64,000 nucleotides of DNA from positions 498,202 through 562,201 of the forward strand of contig RHPI01002503.1 of assembly GCA_009103225.1 (NCBI GenBank), in the 5' to 3' direction. Positions 12,599-27,199 of this stretch are shown here, in pieces (position 1 is the first letter of the stretch; each line of letters opens with the position of its first letter). The stretch is from Chlorokybus atmophyticus. Its lineage: Eukaryota > Plantae > Mesostigma and Chlorokybus algae. The notes beneath the pieces were generated by a model. That model ran no database searches, was not told the origin of the DNA, and was given only the letters and a program-made list of their open reading frames with translations. The position numbers and the translations under genes were made by a program.

Positions 12599-15500
12599 CT
12601 AGTCCTTCCCACTCTGTGCCACCCGCTTGGCTGCGCGTATGATGTCCTCCACCTGCATACGTGTCGTGCAATAAGACAACAGCAAACTACGACGCAATGT
12701 TGTTGGAACGTACAAATCCGTGCGTCCAATTTATGCTGGAACAGTATGCATACCTGCGGCAATGCCAATCTCTCCAGATTGGCAGCATACGGCATAGGCA
12801 CATCAGCGCCCGTTATGCGTGTGATCGGTGCATCCAGGTAATCAAAGGCATCCTCCATGACGCTTGCCCTGGAGGTGTCGTCAATGTCAGCCACAGAAAC
12901 GCAAAGTTGCCGTACTGAAGCATGTTATTTGAGTCTTACGCTATCTCTGCAGTGATGCCAGATTGCGGCCAGCCTTCCTCAACAGCAAGTAGCCGGTTGG
13001 TTTTGCGTACAGATGCTGCAATGGTTTCACGATCCAATGGCCGAATCGATCTCAAGTTGATCACCTGTGACCCAAACTTGAGTGATGCAGACAAGCGAAG
13101 CAAGCAGTATGCATGCAGAAGCTCTGACAAACCTCAGCATCGATGCCGGCCTTTGCAAGCTCCTCTGCTGCCTGGCAACATGATGCGTAAAGCCTTAGGC
13201 AAGCCTCTTTGATCGATGTCCTTATGCATAGCAGGAATGCAGTACTGAGCTGCCAACAACTAACAGCTACAATAAACACAATTGGACCGATGCGCAACAC
13301 GGTGCTGACCTTCATACAGAAGCCAACCATTTTTGAAAATGCTACCAGTGTGATGTCCTTGCCCTGTTTCATAACCTGCATGGCAATAGCATAGTAGGCA
13401 TCAGCCTTCATACACACGGGTCACCGCTCTGTGCTGCGCAGCCTTCACACTGCAAGCACATGTATGTTGCACCGATCTTTCGCGGAAAACCAAACCCATA
13501 ACATCGACAATGCACATCAACTGAGAGCTATTCATGCTCTTTGAAAAGACACTGACAAGCATGCAGAAAGCATGTGGACGATCATGCCCTGCCACAGGAC
13601 CCCGGGGGGGGGGTTGATGATGTTTTCTTTCTGTCATNNNNNNNNNNNNNNNNNNNNNNNNNNNNNNNNNNNNNNNNNNNNNNNNNNNNNNNNNNNNNNN
13701 NNNNNNNNNNNNNNNNNNNNNNNNNNNNNNNNNNNNNNNNNNNNNNNNNNNNNNNNNNNNNNNNNNNNNNNNNNNNNNNNNNNNNNNNNNNNNNNNNNNN
13801 NNNNNNNNNNNNNNNNNNNNNNNNNNNNNNNNNNNNNNNNNNNNNNNNNNNNNNNNNNNNNNNNNNNNNNNNNNNNNNNNNNNNNNNNNNNNNNNNNNNN
13901 NNNNGGGGGCATGTTGCATGTGCGTGCGTACCTTAGCTTTGCCAATGGGTAGAAGGAAGTCCTTATCCAGGACATCGTCGGATACAGAGAAGCTTGAACC
14001 ATACCTATACAGATCATGTGATCAGAGCATGCAGTCTGCTACGCCCTGCATGAAACCCTTAGGAAAAAGGCCCCGGGCCCTTACATGATCTCGTTTTCAA
14101 GAAACACCACAGGGTCGGGGTCTCTAATGGCAGCTTTTAGCAGGCCTCTTGCGTCCTCAGCATCATAAGGTACCAGCACTTTCAGGCCTGGGCATGACCC
14201 GTACCAGGCTGCGAAGCACTGCACATGCCAGAGATTGTTACCCAATCATGCTTGTGCGCAAACTGCCAAGGTGCACACGAACTGATACCTGAGAGTGTTG
14301 TGCACCCACGCCAGCCGCAGCGCCATTGGGACCCCTGAACACAATCGGACAGGAGATCTGACCCGCTGACATGTAGTAAATCTTTGCGGCTGAGTTAATT
14401 ATGTGATCGATTGCCTGCGGGACATCCACTCATTAGCAACTGCCACCATCAATGGCGGCAATCAGCAAATGCCGATTGTACCTGCATAGCGAAGTTGAAA
14501 GTCATGAACTCAATGACTGGTCGAAGCCCATTGAGCGCTGCTCCAACACCAATTCCAGCAAAGCCTGCCTGCACAACAGCAAGCATGGCATCATAAACAG
14601 GACCAGAGACTCAAGTAACACGCCATGCATGGCATCATGGTTGCATGTCAGGCTCATGATCCTCACTTCAGTGATTGGCGTGTCGATGACGCGCTTCTCA
14701 CCAAACGTCTGCACAAGGTTCTTTGTGATCTGCATACCGCATACATAGTCGGTCAGCAGTGGCATAGCAAGTGCCACGCAACCAGGTGGTTTTGATATAT
14801 CGCAGTCTTAAGCTTCTGACGAAATGTGCAGGCAAGGGTTACCTTGTATGCGCCTTGGTAATTTGCCACCTGCAATAGCCTATGGTGAGCTATGAATTAT
14901 GAGACAACAGGTAATACTCGAACCAAGTCTATTGTGTCTAGGAATGCGCAACCCGCAAAGCCCGTGTGTGTGCCTTCCGTACTCATGGCAACGATACGTG
15001 TTGATGACGCAATTGCTACTTGTTGAACAGCAATGCACGGCCACTTTACCTCCTCTCCCATGATGAAGACCTTCTCGTCTCTCTCCATCTCCTCCTTCAG
15101 AGCTGAATTGAGCGCGTCGCGGACCGTAATCTGCGCAGTGGGAAGCCTGACCACATGCGACTACCGCACTGCATGTTCATCCAAGCAAACAGTATGACTT
15201 GCTTCAAACACACGTACGACGTGCGCGAACAACCACCCCTGTATGCGTTGCAACCAGTGTGCTGCAGCATGCACATGCATGTTGGATACGTCAAGCGTGA
15301 ACTCGCTAATTAACATGGACTACATTGCGTATGAGTTTCACAACTGTACTTGACAAAGACTATGTGCATCCCATAATGCTGATGTAATGGGTTACTTTGC
15401 GGTTAACGCTTGTTTTCCTGGGCTGACCTCTTTCCCAGAGGCAAAGGACCGCAGCCCCCCATTGGGTCGAGTCCACACTGCTGCTGCTGCTGCTGCTGAA

Positions 15501-15971
15501 GCTGGCCCGCAGCCGCCATCTGCGTACCTGGCGGGCAGAGCCTGCACCAACCAACTTTGTCACTATGACTACCTGAGCAACAGCACACAAAAGACAAGGC
15601 AAATGGGGCTCATCCTGCCTGCATACTGCTAACGCAGTTTACAGCTGAGGTCTGTGGAACTACAATCCACACGCTACAGCTGCTACAATCAATAAGCAGA
15701 CAACTCATATCCTTAACTGCACCGCGTAAGTGAGGCTTGTGAGCAGAGATGAGTATGACCCATGTGAGCTTTCAATCTGTTTTCAACATGCAAATTAAGA
15801 GGATGTCATAGCTGCTCATGCAGCTGCTCCTCCTCTCCTCACAGCTGAGCAAACAGCAAGCATGCTACGTGCTCCTTACGAAACGCTTGCCGCAGCAGCA
15901 CTTACCGACGAGGGTGGAGTCAGCTGCCGGCTCGCCGCTGCGAGCCGCCTGAGGGCTCCGAGGGCACGCAT
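12599..15971 (-). CDS. PDHB: Mitochondrial pyruvate dehydrogenase E1 beta subunit
   Basis: [16 protein letters not shown] presequence; [19 protein letters not shown]...GEEV...YQGAYK-IT...DTPITE...[13 protein letters not shown]...[17 protein letters not shown]...[11 protein letters not shown]...[13 protein letters not shown]...KRVAQSGKD*. An N gap (13638-13904) falls in an intron. Confidence 0.97.
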
Positions 15972-16949
15972 GTCGTCGCCCACACTCCCTCAACCCCTTA
16001 CACCCTTGTCCCCGCCAGCCCCTTCCCTCCGCCAAGGCAGCCTAGGGTTCCACTTTTGCCCAGCTGGCCGCTGCTGAGCTGAGTATCCGACCGCAGTTTG
16101 TTACGCAGCGCAGAAACACGAGTGCAGTTTGCAGTATTGAGTGCTTGTCCGGGATAGACTATCCCGTCGTAGAGGCGCCGGCGGCGGTGGCTTAGGTGGT
16201 GGGCGTAGCTTGGCGCTGGTGCTGTGCTCAGGTGAGATTAGTGCTCTGCTGGCCACCTTGTTCGTTAGCTGTTGCCGGCGCAGTCGTACTTGTTTGGACA
16301 CTTCTTTTGAGCTGCTGCGGTTTAGGGTTTTGTGTCTTGAGCGTTGGGGTGTGCCGTCACCGTAGCAGTGTGTTGCTGAAGGATGATTGCAAGGTTTCGT
16401 GCATGACTTGCTTTCTGCGTGCATGCATGTGCATGGGTAGCGTCAGGGTTATTTTTATCTCAAAACAATGGACAACACGAAAAGGGGGTACTGTCGTTGT
16501 TGGCTGTCGTTGATGGCGGGAGGTTTGGTGCACGCTGCTTGTGTAGGAGCATGTGCTGTTTGTATAAGAGAAATGTCGTTTCATGATTGGTGAGCGATTT
16601 GCAGTTGATCAGGCAGCCCTTGGCAGCGGTAGGCAAGACGGCACTGCCTTTGCAAGTATCTGGGCGCACACGCTTGGTTGAGCCCCAGCGAACCGTTGCT
16701 GGGTCCATAGGGTCATGCAGTCCGTCAGGCGTGTCTTTGGTTTGCTTGCACAGTTTCAGCACAGCCCCCAAGCTTGTGTGAAACTTGCAGTGAGGGCTCA
16801 TGTGACTGTTGTACGCAACTTTGGAGCCTGGTACAGCATGCGACTGCCTTAGCAGTTGCGTGCTGCATAAGTGTCATACCGTACAATTTGTGCTTGCGGG
16901 CAGTTGGTTGTAACTTGTGGTGGTTGGCCGCAGCCTTCAGCAGTCATCA

Positions 16950-19900
16950 ATGAGCTATTCGGAGCATGGTGCACCATCAGGTTTTCCACAGAACGCAGCT
17001 CAGTTCATGATGCAGTTCTCGCAGCATCCATCTGCACCTCCCAATCCGCTACCCCCTCCCTCAGCACCGTCGTATCCTTTTCCTGGCGGACATCTAGCAT
17101 CACAGCCACCATACAGTCAGAGTGGGCCGCTGCCAGCCCCGTCCTTCTCATACCCCCCACCTCCAAGGACTCCACAACCCCATAGGGCGCCATACCCACC
17201 TGAGCAGTATGTTGGTCAGGGGCCCCCTCCAACGGCACCACCAGCTTACCATTATCCCCCACACAGCCAGTACCCTGGACAGCAAGCGGCTCCGCCGCCA
17301 CCACCGCCAGCGGGGCCTTCATCCTCGCAGTCAGCCGGTGCGCAGATTATGGCTCTGCTTGGCGGTGGCGCCTTTAGAGCCACCCCACTCAGTGATGTAA
17401 ACCAAAGGCCACAGTCGCCTTTTCATCCACCACCTGCCACACCTCCACAGCAGTCTCAAGTTTCCTCAGAGGCATCTGCGCCATATGCACAGCAGCCTCA
17501 AGCACAGGACCTTGCACCATCTGCACCGCCGTTATCTGCGTCTCAGCCTGTTGCTGAAACATCAGTTCAGCCACAGATAGACGCATCTTCCCAGCGCGTG
17601 CTCGGTTCGCTTGCACCCATGCAGTTGCCAGCCACTGCCACCTGGGGACAGCAGTCCCGCTCATCTGCACCAGAGTCGACAAAGAAGTCATCTGGCCGAC
17701 CACTTAATGGTCGGGTTCTTTCCGGCAAGGAAGTCGTGGTGGATGTTACACAGCTACCTGAAGGGCCACCAAGGCAGTTGGAGGTTGCCCCAATCACCAT
17801 GATCAACACTGAGCTGAACCAGACATTTGGCACGGAGATTGCCGCCAATAACAACTACATCTGTTACGGCCTGCGCCAAGGACAGATGCGAGTGTTGAAA
17901 AGGGACACAGCTGCACGCACGCTTCTGCGTGGTCATAGTACACCGGTGCTGGACATAAAGTTTTTTGCAGACACAGTGGACCTGATAGGCAGCGTTGGAC
18001 GCGACAATAATGTGTTTGTGAGGCGTGTCGGGGAGGTGGACAGCAATGTTCAAGACCATGTCCTACTATCCATAAATGTGACGTATCCAGAGGAGTCCGG
18101 TGCAACGCGTTTTGTCTGGCACCCGTTCAATGAGGGGCTGTTTGCATTCGCAAGTGGAAACAGTGTATGCCTTGTGTCAGTGAACGTGGCTGCAAATGCT
18201 GTTGGGCCAGCGGATGGAGCTGCACCTGCACTGGCTTGTGATACGCGTGAACCCCCAACGGGCGTGACAGTCCTGGCAGGCCATTCTGCAGCAGTTACGG
18301 ATGTTGCTTTCTCAACGGGTGGTGCCCGATTGGCATCCTCCAGTCTTGACGGGAGCGTTCGTTTGTGGGACTCAGCCATAGGCGTGTGCACTGCTACCTT
18401 CTCTCCTCACGATGCGGCGCCTGTCACAGCTGTACTGTTCGCACCTGCCGACAGCATGCCGCATGGTTTGTTGATGACGGGAGGTCGCAACAACCAGGAA
18501 TGGAAGCTATGGACCACTGAGCCTGCGCGAGACACAGACTGGCAATGCACCCAAACAGTTGGGCTGAAAGCTCCTGCACAGAAGTCTGGGAGCGGTGGCG
18601 GCGATTTTTTCAACCATGCCATGCTGATACCTTCTCGCAGCTTGTTGCTCCTGGCCAATACATTGCGAAAAGAGCTATACTCGCTGCACTTGCGGTCTGG
18701 AGTTGCGCATGAAGCAGCATACTTCGATTACTTTGCAGCATTTGCAGTGACGATGCCAATGTTGAGCGTCGCAGCGATTGCAGATTCCCAGCAATTGTCT
18801 TCTAAGCTGCATCTTTTCAGCGTGCAAACTCAAGCCATACAGCAATATACCCTTGATGTGACAGAGGTATGGCTTAGACTTGTGTCAGTCGGATTCCTGT
18901 GCATGCTGGACGTCAATGCACTACACTGCGACCTATACACTATTGGCTTGTGTTATTGCAGTGTCTGCCATCAGAGGAACAGTTGGAGTCTGCAGCCCTT
19001 GTGCTAGAGCCTTCCCCTTCTACTGCTGCATTGATTGCCGGCCTGCCTAGCACACCTGCTGTCACTCTGCCCATCACGCCTGTTGCACCAATCGCTCAGG
19101 TCGCTCCACAAGAGCCTCAAAAGCATGTAGAGCTGCAGCCGGAGTCAGCCTCGCTATCTGGCAATTCACAAACTCAGGCTGCTGTGGCTGAGTTGTCTGA
19201 AGCCACAGAGCGAGCATCGTCCCCTGCTGCATCCTCCACAGCCATTGAGCAAACTGCTGCTGGCACTGAACCTGTGCTGACAGAGCCCTCAATTGTTGAA
19301 GTTCCAGAGGTGCTGGTACCCATGCAGGGTTAGGGCCTGATATGCTTACCATTGTTGCTGAATGGTGGGAGTTCTGCAGGAGGCACCAATGTTGCCAGCA
19401 CTGGAACTCCTACACAAAGCTGAACGGCCTCCCTCGCCAGCGCCTTCATCATCTGGTGTCAAATCACCACCTACCAAGCCAATTTTGCTAACACCAACAG
19501 CCATCCTGTCACGTGCTACAGCTGCGCAGGTGTTTTGCTGTGTGTCCATCTGCGTTGTCCTTAGTTATATTCGCCTTAAGCCCTCATACTGGCTGTCGTT
19601 ATGACTTGGAGCACAATCTACAACCAGCCTGCTGTTGCGCAGGCAGAGGCTACATTCAAGGCCGAGTCATCAGCAAGTGCGGCAGCAGACACTGTAGAGG
19701 AAATGAGGGTTGCGGACGTGGCAGGGGAGGTTGCTGCCAATATTGTCAATGAGCCAGTATGTGAGCCGGAGCCCGTTCCGCTAGCTGATGCAATCCCTTC
19801 GTCAGGTTGCGCTCTTTTTACCTACATGCTTACAGTACGTCACGTTACGGGCCTGTGCTTACATATTGTCTGCAGTTGAACCGGCTGCTGAAGACCTGGC

Positions 19901-22102
19901 AGAGCCTTCAGGTCAGGATGCAGAGAGGGAAACCGATATCGACCCAATCAGAAAACAGAAGAACACAGAAGTCGAGTTGCAAGCCACATTAGCCGCTGCA
20001 CCCTCCCAAAATGCGTTTGCAGCAAAGGAAGCTGGTCTCAGTGTTGATGATGGCAACTTTAAGGATGTGATGGCCCAAGTTGCCGCAATGGTTAAGGAGA
20101 TGGCGGCGTTGAGGAAGGACGTCAATGCAATGGTAACACTTGCACCCACAAGCAAAGAATAGCACACTGTTCAGAGGGCGTTCTTATACCAGCATGCCTA
20201 TGTGCAGGTGACAGCACAGAACAACATTGTCAAGCAGCTACCAACGCTTGGCGGTCCGTTGCTGAAGGAGTTGAAGCGCATTGAGCAAGCCCTATCTACA
20301 AAACTAGACAAGGTACACTTGAGCGCTAGGGACGATTGGTGCGCCTGGCAGTGTTCGCATTGTGTGACAGCTTTAGATCGTGTCTCACCAGGTGTAAACC
20401 TTGAGGCTTGTTGTGTGCAGGCTTTGAAGGTCAATGTAGACTCATTGGCTGCACGCTTTGAGGAGGAGCGTCAGAAGCGTGAGAAGCTGGACAAAGAGAA
20501 ACAGGAGCGGCTTTTGACTGCAGTCTCTGCCAACATCAACAGGGACTTGCCACTGAACCTTGAAAAGGTAGTGTGAAATCTCGCCAACAATTGTGCTTTG
20601 CATGGATGTCTTGGTTGAGCCTGGTTGCTGCAGATGGTTCGGAGAGAGTTGGCAACAATCGCACCAACCCTTGAAAAGACCCTCACACCGGCATTGCAAA
20701 CAGCGTTTGCAACCAATGTGACTGATATGTTACAGAAACTGGTTGCGGAGAAGGTCATGCCACAGGTACATGTCAACTATTGGTTTTGAATAGCAGTGAA
20801 ATTATTTTCGCATGCAAGAGTGAGTGGAGACTGAATGTGGTTGCTATGCTAGATTGAGAAAGCTTTGGGTAAGCAGCTTCCCACAGCCCTGCAGGCATCT
20901 GTGCGCCAACCTTTGCAGGAGTCCATCAGAAACAGTTTCCAGGTACAGCCTTTGGCTCACTGACTGTCTTCTGATCGTGGGCAGTGCTGTGCGGGAAAAC
21001 CTGGGAAGGTGATGACAACTGATCCTTACATTGTACAGATTCAGCTTCTGCCCGCTGTGGAGAGCGCCGTCAGGGCCATGTTTGAGCAGATGGATGCCAC
21101 TCTGCAAGCCGGTCTTCGTGAGCACAGCTCAGCAACAGCAACAGGGGACAACGCGGCACTCAATGATGCGTTGTGCAACGCCCGGGCAATCATTGACTCC
21201 TTGACTACTGACCTGGCTGCGTCTCAACGTCAATTGGTGATGAAGGCCTTGGAAATTGCCAGTCAGGCTGGCAGTGCTCCATCGGTGTCGTCAAAGGGCA
21301 TGGTTTCCGTGCAGGTAGAACTCTCGACCTTGTTGGTTTGCCAACTGTTTGGCTGCTGCGGCTGCTGCTGCTGCTGCTGCAGTTGTGCTGCTGCTGACTT
21401 CACTGTCCACAGCATATTGAACAGTTGCTCGATCCTACTGTGGAATTGAAGCGGCTTCTTGCTGATGGCAAATATGAGGAGGCATTCGTGCGCGTGTTGA
21501 GTATGAGCAATGTGGACATGGTCGTGTGGCTGTGCAACCAGGTATGTTGAGTGCAATCGTGTGCTCTCTCTGGAGTCCTACATCATGCTGAGCACTTAAA
21601 CTGACGTGACATCACAGGTTGACCCCGATGTCATCTTTGACCAAAGCGAGACTAGGCTAAACCAAGGTGTAGTGTTGGCATTGGTACAGCAGTTGAGTGC
21701 TGATCTGACAAGAGACGCACAACTCAAGCTGGTACGCAGCAGCACATGAAGCGGTGAATGGTTTCATCTAGTTTGTGCATTGAATTGCGCTTACTGCACT
21801 AAGCGTGCATCCCACTTACTGAGCTGTCACCTGCAGGATTGGATGCAACGCGCTGCTGTCACGCTGAACCCGCGCGACCCTTTGTTTGGTCCTCACATGC
21901 GTCAAGTGCTGCAGCCGGTGAGTGTTGCAGCCTGCCCCTTGGTTGATTGCTGTCTTGTTGGCTGGAGCCTCCTTAACAGCTGTCCATGCAGGTGTACGAC
22001 AGCTTGCAGGCTTACATCAACTCAGGTGCCGCCGGGTCAAGAACATCGAGTGTGAGGATTATCTGCCATGTAGTCAACTCGTTGCTCTCAGACTGCCCTT
22101 AG
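16950..22102 (+). CDS. VCS: Enhancer of mRNA decapping protein 4 / VARICOSE (Pro-rich N-terminus, WD40, coiled coil, Ge-1 C-terminal domain)
   Basis: QLEVAPIT...IAANNNYICYGLRQGQMRVL...LLRGHSTPVLDIKFF; C-terminal LKRLLADGKYEEAFVRVLSMSNVDMVVWLCNQVD...QGVVLALVQQL...DWMQRAAVTLNPRDP; TAG at 22100-22102. Confidence 0.93.
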
Positions 22103-22808
22103 ACTGGCTGCCACAAGGCTGGCAGGCTTTTGTAAGTTACGAATTGTTCATTTCGAACATGCGAAACGGCCTTGAAGCAAGAAGCAACCGACTGTTGCTT
22201 GCAGTCTGTGTTCTGTATGCACTAAGCTCCACTGCAACTGATATATGCGTGCTCTGCTCTTGATGTGCATGCAATGTGAATCTTGATTGTGTGGCAGATG
22301 TAAACCCGTCAGCCAAAAACAGATATACAGCATATGGGCTGAAGGCTTTATGCTGCTAGAACAGGGCTAATTGCAGTGCCAAGCCTGCACATCAGCCCTC
22401 AAGGTCACCAATCACCGCACCGTTTGTGTACATGCATAGCTCTGTCCCACATTATCTGAATGTAAGAGAAGGTGTCAAGTGCATATCATACAGCCTATCA
22501 GATAATTACAACCTGTTGCATCTAGAGGCTGTGCTGGCCTGTGATTGGATTTGTTCCCTTTGTAACATGGTAGCTGTACTGTGAACACGACGTTGCACTT
22601 TGGTAAGACATAAGAGACAGGTCTTACAAATGGGCCCGGGAAGGAGTTGCCGCATCCTACCCTGTTCCACTACGTCAAACCGTTCTATCAGGGACGTTGT
22701 CATGTGCATGCTGCAGTGTCTCTTATTATATTGTTGGGTGAATGGCTGTGCAAGTATTCACGTTTGCACTCACATCGCTGTCAACTGGCTGTCATCCCAC
22801 ATACCACC

Positions 22809-25800
22809 TCAGCTGGTGTGCTGCAACTCGCAACCTCCTCCAGATGGCTTCATGAAGGCTGCAGCTGCAGCGCGCATCCAGATGGCCACCGCAACTGCTC
22901 CTGGGTCCGGAGTTGACTTGAGCACGTCTTCTGGAACATAGCTGGCGCGTCCGGCCTGTGCAAGCCACAGACAAGCAGTTCCCAACACGCACACGCATGA
23001 CACACACGCACACGCACACGCACACAAATAATGTGTGCTGCACGCCAGTATGAACGCCTTCTTACCAGAGCCAACATGCTCTGTGTCGCGGAGGCACCAT
23101 CCGCAGCTGCCGCAGCTGCTTGCGTGAACGCAGACTCCGCCGTAGCTCCAGCTTCCAAACCCTGGCAGTCAGCGCAGCTTTGTGTCTCAATGGCACAAGC
23201 AGCAGAGTGCGTGCTCGCAACCAACAACGCCCCCTCACCTCCTTCAGCTTCGCTGCCGCGGGGATGAGAGCGTCCAGCATGGTTCGCGACCCGGCCGTCG
23301 CGCCGCCGTACTTGCTTACTGCGGCGATGGCAGCTTCCAATGCAGCGCAACCTGTCCGCGCACACATGTCCCATAATGAGCAAAAGGCAACTGTTGTGTT
23401 GGGAACACACCGCACGTGCGCAAACTCACAGTGTGCTGCTGAAGAGGATCCCAGCTCTTTCAGCCGGGCGTTCACCGCGGTCCAGAAGATGTCATACCTG
23501 CCAGTAAGCACGCCAGCATTGGCTGTCTGCCCACTTCAATGCTTGAAGAGTTCGTACGTATTTGCCACTGTTGTTGCAAATGTAAGCGCAAGACAAGACT
23601 CTTCCTTACAGTACACCCGAAGAGCCTCCCATGCCAGAGCTGACGGAGAGCGCGATCTCGGCAGCTGTGTCTTCCAAGCTTTCAAGTGGGTACCTGAGAG
23701 GCGACACCGCCATTTAGCAGCATGCAAAGAGCAAGCAGATGAAGCATGCAGACAATCAGTACTGTTAACAGCACAGACGCCACGATACATTGCCTGACCT
23801 TGCGTCGAGATCGGCCAACACCTTGCGAGCACCCGCTGCAAGCTGCCCAGAAGGAAGTGACAGTCATTGCACGCAAGAACAACTCGACAGCTTACTTCAA
23901 ACAACATTGCCACTTACAGTTGACCCGCAATCACCGTCCCCAACTTTGGCATCCATCACATTCAACTCAGCCTCAGCAGCAATGAGCGCTGAGGCAGCCG
24001 CCGAGATGGTGCTTTCTAGCCTCTGTGCTGCTGGCGAAAGTTGCTCTGGCCTTTGACTGGGCTGCAAGCGTGACACACGAAAGCAAACACATTGTTCATG
24101 TTGTAGGTGCTGAAAAAGTACATGTGGCTGCACTCTGCGTTGCCTAGTGTTGCCTTACTGCGTCAGATGTGACAGCGGCTGGTGGCACCGGCAGCGGCGT
24201 ACTCCTCTCATTACGCGCGACTGCCAAATGTGAATATGTTGTGTAGATTGTCAACTAACCCGAACCGCCACATCATCGAACAACCGCCAAAACAAGCAAA
24301 CGTGTACCTGCGGTTGCATTCGGCCAGCCTGGAGCCGTGGTCGGGCTGTCCAGAAGCTGCAGCAGCATTGCATCCACCTTCATGACCGACAAGGACAATC
24401 CTGTGCCGACAAAGCGAGTGGCCCCCATCAGCAAACATGGATGACACATATGTATCATAAAAGATGTTGTCTTACCAACCATGTCAAGGGAGGTCATGAG
24501 TGATCCCGAGTACACGCGCACGACGTGCAGGCCGTAGCTTGAACCTTCGAGCTCGGCCACAGCGCATCTGGCTGCGATGGAGAGCTCCATTGCTGTTGCG
24601 GCTCCCAGACTGCATCAGACAATTGGTTAGGCAGAGCACTTGCAAGCATGGATGCAATGGAGGGGGAAAGACTGCGTGCATTGGGCCCGTCACTTGTTGA
24701 CTAGAAGCACCACGTCATCCCCCGGCTTGACGTGGTCCATGTAACCGGTGTCCTGATGAGTTACCAGTTGGCATGTGTTTCGCAGCAATGGCTGTGTTAC
24801 GCTTGTCATATGACTGTTGAACAAAGCGGCATGCTCACCTTGTCAAGGATGCGTTGAAGTATCAACCGCACCACGTCATCAACAGGACACAACTCCCGCT
24901 GCTCGAGCCCCGGCTCGCCATGCTGCAATATGCGTGTAATTACTCAACCCGCTCATGGCCCAACACACACTCGCTCATGTACACATGTACACACGTGCAC
25001 TTACGATCCCGAGCCCAAGCTCCATCCGCCCGGGTGGTAACCGCTCGGAGGGCGGTTGGCCGGGCAGCGTGCAGACGCTGCTGGCTGCGCCGACGGTGCC
25101 GACTGCGGCGGCCGCGGCCTGCGCAGCAGCAACGACCTCCTCCAGGGAACCACCTGCTTCCGCCACTGCACCCGCAACCTGCCACATGGTTGAGTAGCCC
25201 CCAACCCACGCGTGCGTGCGTGTGCGCGAGTGTGCGTGTCTTGCCTTGAATCACCAATCGGTGGCGTCCAGTGCCCGTACCTTGTGCACAAGGACAGTGC
25301 CTGCGATGCCTCTTCGGCCTGTGAGGCCGCGCGGAGGGGGCAGCGCGCAGTCATCCCCGACGAACACAATCTGCTATGCCCACACAAGAGTGTCTTAAGT
25401 CCACAGCAACGCCTGTGAGGCAGGCAGAAGGTAAATGAAGTTTTTCACAAACACCTCAACACGCTTGCCGGCGCCTTTGGCCTTCTCTGCGGCTAGCCCG
25501 AAATTCAACCGATCGCCTGTGTAGTTCTGCCAAGATGGGAGTTGAAAGTGCGTGAGATAATGCAGCAAAGTGCATGATTATTCGTGCGCTGACCAGCACA
25601 AATAAGGGGAGCATGTGTGGCGTAGAGTCCCGCTGACCTTGACAATGAGTAGACAGCCCGCATCTCCTGTTACCGCATGTATTGCCTGGTACAGTGGGTG
25701 CATTCAGTATGGGATTCATCATACAACTTGGCATGATTTCAGCTGTTGAAACAGACAGCTGTATATAGCTTCCCACTGCTCGTCCAATGTGGCTTCCACT

Positions 25801-26561
25801 CAGAAGCACATGCACAAGCACAAGCATACTACTGCTATGCATGGCACAGGGGACTTGAATGATTTGTTGCTGCAGACTTGAAACAGTTGTTATCGAGTTG
25901 CTGCAGCTGCGTTTGTACCGCGAGCACAGCCGCTGTGGATGGCGACGCAAAGACCTCCCCGCACACGGCCGCTGTGAGCATGCCGCGCCCGCAGTAGCCT
26001 GCGTGCGCGGGCTCGTGTCCACTGCCGCCACCTGCAGACAAATGCTGGTATTTGCAATGGGGACGATGACAGCTTGCAGTAGCATGCAATGCTGTTGCAT
26101 GCACCTGAGATGACGGCCACCTTGTTGTGGTTGCCACCGTACGCGTCCGTGCGAATGATTACCTTGATCTGCATGAGCATGGAAGACAGTCCATTTGCTT
26201 CGTGCTTGTGATGGCAAACCGAACACAGACAGACGCACACACAAACACAGTCGCACGCACACAGACACATACATGTGCGCGCATGCGCACACATGCACAC
26301 TCATTGGCAGCTGCTGCCTTGCCAATCACACCATGCAGGCATGGCTTACGGTTGGGAAGCCGTCCAGGCGCACCAGGCCAGGATGCTGTTCCACGAGGCC
26401 TTCCAACATCTCAGTGACGACATCTGCAGCCATGCAACCGTCAGCGACCTTGGCGCCATCACTTATACATTTCTTCAGCACACTCTGACCCGCCGCTACA
26501 GACGCAGCATGTCCCAGACGTTACCTCCTGGCGCATTGATGAACCTGCCTGCAGGCGCCAT
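22809..26561 (-). CDS. DAK: Dihydroxyacetone kinase / triokinase-FMN cyclase (DAK1+DAK2 fusion)
   Basis: [21 protein letters not shown]...[12 protein letters not shown]...[10 protein letters not shown]...MELGLGI-HGEPG...MTSLDM...[10 protein letters not shown]...SRTMLDAL...GRASYV...PDPGA. Confidence 0.96.
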
Positions 26562-27199
26562 GCTGCTATAGACAGACAGCAAGCTGTGTCAGCACAGCTG
26601 TCGTCCTTGTTTCGCTGTTCTTTCCACACCCAAGCTAGCAAAGACAGCGACGCAAGAGCACGCATGCATAATTACGAACAGATGCACATAGTTCTCATAT
26701 CCCTGCACGGCTACCGCCGCCGCCAGCTGCTTCAGCCTACCGCTTGCTGCATGCTGTGGCAGCAGTGGAGCAACTTACTCCTTTTTTAATAAATTATATA
26801 CTCCTAGGCAATGCAAAACACGCTTGGGACCACGCTGGGCGAGTGAGTGAGTGCAAGGCGTGTCCACGGCACGCTACGGCACTTTTCATGTCAGCATTGC
26901 TTGGTTGGGTTCATCCGGTTAGCGTCTCTCGGGATCGCCGTCACTACAGACGATATCGATACTGATTTCAGCTATCTTTAGCCCCGAGTGGAAGATAACT
27001 CTAGCAAGTCCTGATATCCACGCTAGCTGTTGGTTTCTCTAAACTCTAAAGCGACCGCTGTTGATTCAACAGCTAACGCAGAAGCAACAACCAGAGTGCG
27101 GCAGCTTCATCCCACACTGTTGTCAGCACATTGTCGTCCTGCTGCTCCATCGCCGCCGCTTCCGGGGCGCTGCTGCTGGGGGAGTCCAGTCCAATCGCA

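Noticed and set aside
13614-13637. 24-bp exact match (TTGATGATGTTTTCTTTCTGTCAT) to MBOAT intron 2280-2303
   Set aside because: It lies between a G run and an N gap, so it is most likely a gap-extension artifact rather than a dispersed repeat. Raw reads would settle it.
16950-18867. Unusually long (about 1.9 kb) first coding exon of VCS
   Set aside because: Other long exons occur in the window (V-ATPase, coiled coil), so it is not distinctive enough to suggest retroposition.
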